This document shows, piece after piece, positions 58,907-64,000 of a DNA stretch of 64,000 nt (the stretch's first letter is position 1; every line of letters starts with the position of its first letter). The stretch comes from Anaerolineae bacterium. Its GTDB lineage: Bacteria > Chloroflexota > Anaerolineae > B4-G1 > SLSP01. The position numbers and the translations under genes are program-made. Where the stretch lies: contig DAOSNS010000002.1 of the NCBI GenBank assembly GCA_035373625.1, positions 189,301 to 253,300 of the forward strand, in the 5' to 3' direction. The notes under the pieces were generated by a model, which saw only the letters and a program-made list of their open reading frames with translations, did no database searches and was not told where the DNA came from.

Positions 58907-60580
58907 CTACTTCTTGCGTATAATCGAGATCAGAATCCCACCCCCCATCACTAAGGCCAGGACGAAGCTGAGGATGACGACTACCTGCACAATCCAGGGT
59001 GTGTTGGTAGTCGCCGGGATGAGCACCGCCAGCCCGAGAATCATGGCCGCGACGATGACACTCAACGCCAGCCGCGTCACCATGCGGTCCAGAAATTCCA
59101 GGTTGCGATGTTCCAAAGAGAGCTTGATGGGTTCCTCTCTTACAAAACGTTCCAGAAGCAGCATCCCGACGTGGGGCAGTTCTTCCAGCAGATCGCCCCA
59201 GGCCAGTCCGCGCCGCCTGATGTCGTTGATCCAGTGGCGATCGGGCATTGCCGATTTGAGCGTCAGCTTGACCACATACGGCCCGGAGAAAGCGAAAATG
59301 TCGAAATCCGGCGCCAACTTGTAGCCGATGCCTTCCATCATCCCCAGCGCTTTGCCCAATTGCCAGAAGTTTGTCGGCAGGCGGAGCCGGTGCTTAAAAG
59401 CCAGCGGCATCAGCGCCTCCAGCAATTCGTTGACATGGATATCCTTGAGAGGTAACCCTTTGTAATAGCGCAACAGCCGTTCGATGTCCTGACTGAGGGC
59501 GCGGCGGTTCACATCTATCGGCGCGGCGCCGATGTGAATCAGCCCATCGGTGACGGCTTTGGCATCCATTTGCACCGCGACGCTGTACAGGTGGGTCAGG
59601 TTTGTGCGGTCGGCGTCGCTGAGGTAGCCCACCATGCCGAAATCCATCGCGCCGATGACTTCACCTTTCATCACGATGAGGTTGCCGGGATGGGGATCGG
59701 CGTGGAAAAAGCCATCCTCAAGAATTTCTTTGATGATCATCCGCGCCGCGTTGTTGGCGATTTTGTGACGATCGTAGCCGGCTTCGTCGAGCGCGGCGAT
59801 GTCGGTGATCTTGATCCCCTCGATATATTCCATCACCAGTACGCGGCGGGTGGTATATTCCCAGTAGACGGCGGGGATGTACAGGCATTTCTCCTGGGCG
59901 AAATTTTCGCGGATGCGGTCGGCATTGCGTCCTTCGCTCAGGTAGTTGAGTTCGTTGTGCAATGTGTCGGCAAAATCCTCGACGATCTCCACCAGGTTGT
60001 AGATACGCCCAAGTTGCGTGTGCTGTTCGGCGTAGTGGGCGACATCGTGGATGATTTCCAGATCGGTCTCGATGGTCGGCAGGATGTTGGGACGCTGGAC
60101 TTTAAGGACCACTTTCTGGCGCGTCAGAAGTTTGGCGGCATGCACCTGTGCCAGGGAGGCCGCTGCAAGGGGATGGGGATCAATTTCGTCGAAAATTTTC
60201 TCCGGCGGCGCGCCCAATTCCATCTGAATGACCTCGCGGATCTCTTCCCAGGGAACGGGCGGCACGCTATCCTGAAGTTTTGCCAGCTCGGCGATGTAAT
60301 CCGGCGGCAGCACATCTGGACGGGTGCTGAGCATCTGGCCCAGTTTGACGAATGTGGGGCCCAGTTCCTCAAGTGCCTGTCGAAAGTGCGCCGGCAACGA
60401 GGCCGGTTCTTGAATGGGGAAGGGATACAGATCGCGCAGCCACAGCGGCTCGGCGGGCAGATGTGAGATCGCAAACCCGAAGCCGTGACGTGTAAACACG
60501 GTCAGGATATGCCGATAGCGCCGCAAGTGCCGGATAGGCCGCGTTATCGTCGGAATCTTAAACATTTCCCTCCCACTCAT
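58907..60580 (-). CDS. ubiB: ABC1/UbiB-family atypical protein kinase
   Basis: 'PLAAASLAQVHAAKL', '...MDFGMVG' and C-terminal TM segments are typical of UbiB/ABC1. Confidence 0.8.
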   Translation of the reverse strand: MSGREMFKIPTITRPIRHLRRYRHILTVFTRHGFGFAISHLPAEPLWLRDLYPFPIQEPASLPAHFRQALEELGPTFVKLGQMLSTRPDVLPPDYIAELAKLQDSVPPVPWEEIREVIQMELGAPPEKIFDEIDPHPLAAASLAQVHAAKLLTRQKVVLKVQRPNILPTIETDLEIIHDVAHYAEQHTQLGRIYNLVEIVEDFADTLHNELNYLSEGRNADRIRENFAQEKCLYIPAVYWEYTTRRVLVMEYIEGIKITDIAALDEAGYDRHKIANNAARMIIKEILEDGFFHADPHPGNLIVMKGEVIGAMDFGMVGYLSDADRTNLTHLYSVAVQMDAKAVTDGLIHIGAAPIDVNRRALSQDIERLLRYYKGLPLKDIHVNELLEALMPLAFKHRLRLPTNFWQLGKALGMMEGIGYKLAPDFDIFAFSGPYVVKLTLKSAMPDRHWINDIRRRGLAWGDLLEELPHVGMLLLERFVREEPIKLSLEHRNLEFLDRMVTRLALSVIVAAMILGLAVLIPATTNTPWIVQVVVILSFVLALVMGGGILISIIRKK

Positions 60581-60591
60581 TCCTCATTAAC

Positions 60592-61371
60592 TCATTTCTC
60601 ATTTCTCATTTTTCGTCCCTCATTATCCCCCATAGGCTTATAGCCGGTCAGTCGGTATTTCAACAATGTCCAGAGCACGGTAAATCCGTCTTTCCAGGAA
60701 ATCTTCTTGCCCTCGTGGAATTCTCGCCCGCTGTAGGAAATGGGAACCTCGTAAATGCGATAGCCGCTCAACAAGATTTGGGCGGTGATTTCAGGATCGA
60801 AGCCCCAGCCCCTTGCCTTGAGATGGAGCTGTCGAGCAACCTGGCGCGTGAAGACTTTGTAACACGTTTCCATGTCGGTAAGGATGGTGTTGTAGAGGAG
60901 GTTGGTAACAAAAGTGAGGAAGCGATTGCCGACCATGTGCCAGAAAAACATCGCTTTGCTCGGTCCACCCCGAAAGCGTGAACCGTACACCACCTCGGTG
61001 CGTTTCTCCAGAATTGGCAGAAGCAGATGTGGATAATCGCGCGGATCATATTCCAGGTCGGCATCCTGGATGAGGCAAATATCGCCGCTGGCCTGTTGCA
61101 GGCCCGTCCACACCGCACCGCCTTTGCCTTGATTCACGCGATGGAAGATGATTGTGAAGCCGGGTTGCCCTTCGAGCGTGTGCAGGTACTCGCGTGTGCC
61201 ATCTTGCGAGCCATCGTCAACGATTACCAATTCGCGATCCAGGGTGACCTGTGCCTCGTTCGCGTGGTCGGCCCAAATGCGGATGGTGAGGTCCACAGCC
61301 CGGACCCGCGCGATGATTTCGGCGATTGTCTCGATTTCATTGTAAGCTGGGATGATGATCGAAAGTTTCAC
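60592..61371 (-). CDS. Family 2 glycosyltransferase, polyprenyl-phosphate sugar synthase (DPM1-like)
   Basis: 'LSIIIPAYNEIETI...LVIVDDGSQDGT...IQDADLEYDP' are the DPM1-type motifs. Confidence 0.75.
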   Translation of the reverse strand: MKLSIIIPAYNEIETIAEIIARVRAVDLTIRIWADHANEAQVTLDRELVIVDDGSQDGTREYLHTLEGQPGFTIIFHRVNQGKGGAVWTGLQQASGDICLIQDADLEYDPRDYPHLLLPILEKRTEVVYGSRFRGGPSKAMFFWHMVGNRFLTFVTNLLYNTILTDMETCYKVFTRQVARQLHLKARGWGFDPEITAQILLSGYRIYEVPISYSGREFHEGKKISWKDGFTVLWTLLKYRLTGYKPMGDNEGRKMRNEK

Positions 61372-61408
61372 TGCTACTCCTTAGAAAATTTATTTGAACG
61401 TTGGCATG

Positions 61409-62035
61409 TCAGGACGTTGGAACGTTATGTGTGCGGCGGGGACGTCCATGTGGCCAGACCCACTTGAGCAGGATGTGCCGTTCCGGCATTGTGAGATCGC
61501 GCCATTGTCCCGGCTGCAGATCGGGCGGCAAAGTCAGCGGTCCGATCGCTACACGCACCAGCCGCACGATCGGCAACCCGACCGCCGAGAGCATACGTTT
61601 AATCTGCCGCTTTTTCCCCTCATAGAGAACTATGCGTAGCCATGTCGTTTTGGAAGATGCCGGGAGGGGTTTGGGGAAGGGGGGCAGCGCCGGCTCATCG
61701 GGTAAAATTTCGACATCGGCGGGTCGGGTGACCCCCAACTTGATCTCAACTCCCTCGCGCAGATGCTGAAGTGTTTCGGTTTCGGGATGCCCCACCACGA
61801 GCGCGAGGTAAGTCTTGGCGTGGTTGAAGTCGGGATGTGTCACATGATGCTGTAAGGGGCCATCGTTGGTCAGCAATAACAATCCTTCACTATCCAGGTC
61901 AAGACGCCCGACAGGATGCAGTTCCTGCGGAATGTCCAAACTGCCCAATGCCATACGGTTGTAACGGTCGCGGTGGGCGCATAACACAGCGTAGGGTTTG
62001 TAGGCAATGGCGTAACGGTAAAGTCGTTCGGTCAA
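61409..62035 (-). CDS. RsuA/RluB-family pseudouridine synthase
   Basis: 'LHPVGRLDLDSEGLLLLTNDG' catalytic motif. Confidence 0.8.
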   Translation of the reverse strand: MTERLYRYAIAYKPYAVLCAHRDRYNRMALGSLDIPQELHPVGRLDLDSEGLLLLTNDGPLQHHVTHPDFNHAKTYLALVVGHPETETLQHLREGVEIKLGVTRPADVEILPDEPALPPFPKPLPASSKTTWLRIVLYEGKKRQIKRMLSAVGLPIVRLVRVAIGPLTLPPDLQPGQWRDLTMPERHILLKWVWPHGRPRRTHNVPTS

Positions 62036-62194
62036 TGAGCGTCTACCTCATCAAGTTGCGCCGGTTGTTTCAGGATGGTGGGAGGTACCTTTGGAACGGC
62101 AGTGAGCGTTTCCCACCGTGTTTGAGTTCGATGATGCGATTATACCCTTCCAGGGTAAAGGGGCAAGTATGAGCACGACACTGTAGGGTGGTTA

Positions 62195-62335
62195 TTTTCT
62201 ATTCAGTATACCTTCTCACAGTATAAACCAACTGCTCTGCGCCTAACCAAACTGGTGGCTGCCGAATTGTCGCCGGTCCACTCGAAATGGTTGCCGATGT
62301 CGCAGGTGGCCGCACCGTTCAGCACGGTTTACAGG
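62195..62335 (-). pseudogene. Orphan RHS-repeat fragment ('...CDIGNHFEWTGDNSAAT...'), paralogous to the RHS gene at the window end
   Basis: Minus-strand translation shares 'IGNHFEWTG' and near-identical DNA (cggtccactcgaaRtggttgccgatgt) with 63960-64000. Confidence 0.4.
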
Positions 62336-62351
62336 AGGGTATCGAGCGTGG

Positions 62352-62573
62352 CTACTCGGTAGCCCAAGTGTCTTTTTGGTGTAACCGTATCCGTTCTGCC
62401 AGTGTTTTGACGTCCACAGCCTCGAGCCAGGTGTGACGTTCCACAGAATAATCACCATAGCCCGTCTCAAATTGCTGCAAGAATCGTACCATGCCCACAG
62501 GGCCAAGCCGTTCAGCCAAAGCCGCTAACCCTTCTTGCCGAACTTCCATTAGCGTCATTGTGCGTGTTGTCAT
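62352..62573 (-). CDS. Small hypothetical protein, possible toxin-antitoxin partner
   Basis: 73-aa ORF adjacent to or overlapping the PIN-like ORF. No motif recognised. Confidence 0.2.
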   Translation of the reverse strand: MTTRTMTLMEVRQEGLAALAERLGPVGMVRFLQQFETGYGDYSVERHTWLEAVDVKTLAERIRLHQKDTWATE

Positions 62574-62893
62574 GGGTGCAATACCTCCCTCAACCAGGTC
62601 AATGGATTGACCACCCGGATGTGCAACGCATCAGCCATACGTGCAGTACGCCGCAAGAGCGCGCGGTCCGTTGTGAGGAAAACATCTGCCTGACCGGCTT
62701 CGGCGCTGGCGATGTGCAGGGCATCGTAGGCGTCCAGTCCGAGCGTTTCCAACTTCATCGCACGTTCTGTAATATTGTCATCCACTGCCACGTAACGTTG
62801 CGCGTAACGGGCGAGCTGGTTCACCCGCGCGCGCCGTTTTGCATCTGGTGTCTGAGAGATCTCATAATCAAGGATGTCGCTGCTCAACTTCAC
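62570..62893 (-). CDS. PIN-domain-like protein or fragment (GTG start; lacks the typical N-terminal acidic motif)
   Basis: 'LDAYDALHIASAEAGQADVFLTTDRAL' is a PIN C-terminal motif. An upstream in-frame stop prevents N-terminal extension. Confidence 0.4.
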   Translation of the reverse strand: MKLSSDILDYEISQTPDAKRRARVNQLARYAQRYVAVDDNITERAMKLETLGLDAYDALHIASAEAGQADVFLTTDRALLRRTARMADALHIRVVNPLTWLREVLHP

Positions 62894-63350
62894 CCACTTG
62901 TGCTAACGCAAACTGATAGAGCGTTTCAGAGATGCGGAAATCGGCGGCTAACAGCGCGTCCAGGAAAGGACGCAGCGCAGGGAGCAAATGACGTTGGCGT
63001 GCCAACAGCAATAACCCGACTGTGCCTAGCACATTCAGGTTATACGATTGCGCCAGGCGGCGCGCCGCCAAATCGTCGAGTAGAACGTAGGCCGGCGTGA
63101 GTTCCAGCGCCAGCGCAATAGCTTCACTTTCGCCTATCCCCAGCCGTGCCGCTAGAATTTGACGTGAGAGCGGCTGCGATAAAGGACGCTCGACAATCCA
63201 GGAGGGTACAGGACGAGCACCGAAAACTTCGCGCCGCACGGCCGGTGGAATATGTAACGCCGTGCAAAGTTGCGGCAACAAGTCCAGGCGTTGTAAGCGT
63301 TCAAACGCGATGAGCGGGCTGGCATTGGCAATGAAGAGCGGAACCGTCAT
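62868..63350 (-). CDS. PIN-domain toxin of the DUF3368 type
   Basis: 160 aa. 'FIANASPLIAFERLQRLDLL...GIGESEAIALALEL' is characteristic of DUF3368-type PIN proteins. Confidence 0.55.
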   Translation of the reverse strand: MTVPLFIANASPLIAFERLQRLDLLPQLCTALHIPPAVRREVFGARPVPSWIVERPLSQPLSRQILAARLGIGESEAIALALELTPAYVLLDDLAARRLAQSYNLNVLGTVGLLLLARQRHLLPALRPFLDALLAADFRISETLYQFALAQVGEVEQRHP

Positions 63351-63622
63351 AGCAGGGTTTCGACCAGGGCAGCTTCAGCCGCCATTTCTTCTGCCGACAT
63401 ATCCAAAAAGGGGATTCCCAGACGGGAAGCGTAGCGGATGAACTCGAAACGCTCCATCCCTAACAATTGCGCCGCTTTGCCACCGGAGATAAAATGTCGC
63501 CGGTAGAGTTCCACCACGGCCAATTCTTTGAAAAAACTGTCTAGCGAGCGGTCGGATAGCGTGCGCAACAGATTGACCCATTCGGCGCTTAATTCAAAAT
63601 GCATGGTATCTGTCATACGCAC
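63347..63622 (-). CDS. UPF0175-family antitoxin partner
   Basis: 91 aa. 'ELAVVELYRRHFISGGKAAQLLGMERFEFIRYASRLGIPF' is UPF0175-like. Its stop overlaps the PIN start. Confidence 0.5.
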   Translation of the reverse strand: MRMTDTMHFELSAEWVNLLRTLSDRSLDSFFKELAVVELYRRHFISGGKAAQLLGMERFEFIRYASRLGIPFLDMSAEEMAAEAALVETLL

Positions 63623-63701
63623 CTCGCCAAAATTTTGGACATCAAAGGAATGTTATTTTATACCCATTATACAAGTACATAGCAGGTTTATCAAGAGACA
63701 C

Positions 63702-64000
63702 TCACGAGCGGAATATCCTGTCAATGGCCGCGTCTTCGATTTGCCCGGTAAAGCGCCGCGCGGTGGGCGTGGTCCCGGAGGTATAGCGCGTTCCACCCCA
63801 CGGATAATACCGCAATTCCGCCACTATGCCACCGCTGCTGTTGGCGGTCACGGACGTTGATCCCAGGTGGTCGCCTAACAAGAAGTACAGTGTGCTGCTG
63901 CCTTGACGCATCGCCACGCGCTGGCTGTCGGCGTAGTAGTACTTCACCATCGTGCTGGTGCTGCCGGTCCACTCGAAGTGGTTGCCGATGTTGTAGGTGG
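63702..64000 (-). CDS. 3' end of an RHS/YD-repeat protein (RHS repeat-associated core); continues beyond the window end
   Basis: '...YNIGNHFEWTGSTSTMVKYYYADSQRVAM...YFLLGDHLGSTSV...RYYPWGGTRYTSG...RRFTGQ' matches the RHS core signature (YYHxDHLGS ... RYYDPxxGRFxxxDP). Frame is open to the window edge. Confidence 0.65.
   Translation of the reverse strand, partial: TYNIGNHFEWTGSTSTMVKYYYADSQRVAMRQGSSTLYFLLGDHLGSTSVTANSSGGIVAELRYYPWGGTRYTSGTTPTARRFTGQIEDAAIDRIFRS

Noticed and set aside
59534-60466. 310-aa plus-strand ORF
   Set aside because: Antisense to the UbiB/ABC1 kinase gene, which has clear family motifs.

Overview
GC-rich bacterial chromosomal window. Gene content is consistent with a Chloroflexota-like organism (inference only: acidic-N-terminus RpoD, GerW/YtfJ proteins, DUF3782-like paralogs). 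Layout: (1) 1-11.2 kb, housekeeping and signalling: a giant multi-GAF hybrid histidine kinase, CheY-like regulator, SSB, translin-like protein, fused ATP-sulfurylase/APS-kinase, GHMP kinase. (2) 11.2-15.9 kb, a decayed accessory patch: three paralogous copies or fragments of a DUF3782-like gene with 21-bp coding tandem repeats plus a conserved 3' flank, a VapBC-like pair with a frameshifted PIN toxin, a HEPN remnant plus MNT nucleotidyltransferase, degraded ORFs, and an intact roughly 950-bp IS with target-site duplication. (3) 15.9-40.1 kb, a large glycan-biosynthesis locus. Its first ~12 kb is visibly AT-richer than the rest (FrhB-like protein, pyruvyl transferase, Wzx, Wzy-like, GT2, GT4, two large hypotheticals). 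It is followed by GC-rich genes: WbuB-like GT4, a complete PglC/D/E/F-like di-N-acetylbacillosamine module, a Wzy_C/O-antigen-ligase-family protein, an NTP_transf_5 nucleotidyltransferase, and a Wzz-like co-polymerase. At its 3' end sit a small bitopic protein, an HprK-related P-loop kinase and an overlapping PqqD-family (RRE) gene. Together with the nucleotidyltransferase these resemble the uncharacterised 'HPr-rel-A' trio and are the most interesting candidate system here. (4) 40.1-64 kb: Sua5/TsaC, rpoD, a DegS/DegU-like two-component pair, FAD oxidoreductase, two GerW/YtfJ-family paralogs (one with a Cys-rich insertion), YfiH/PgeF, a DnaJ-domain membrane protein, a secreted PPC-domain protein, PcrA/UvrD, two adjacent SPFH/band-7 membrane proteins, UbiB/ABC1 kinase, DPM1-like GT2, pseudouridine synthase, PIN/UPF0175 toxin-antitoxin modules, and the 3' end of an RHS/YD-repeat protein with an orphan RHS fragment. 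No rRNA, tRNA or CRISPR arrays were recognised. All calls come from reading the ORF translations and the DNA by eye; no searches were run.
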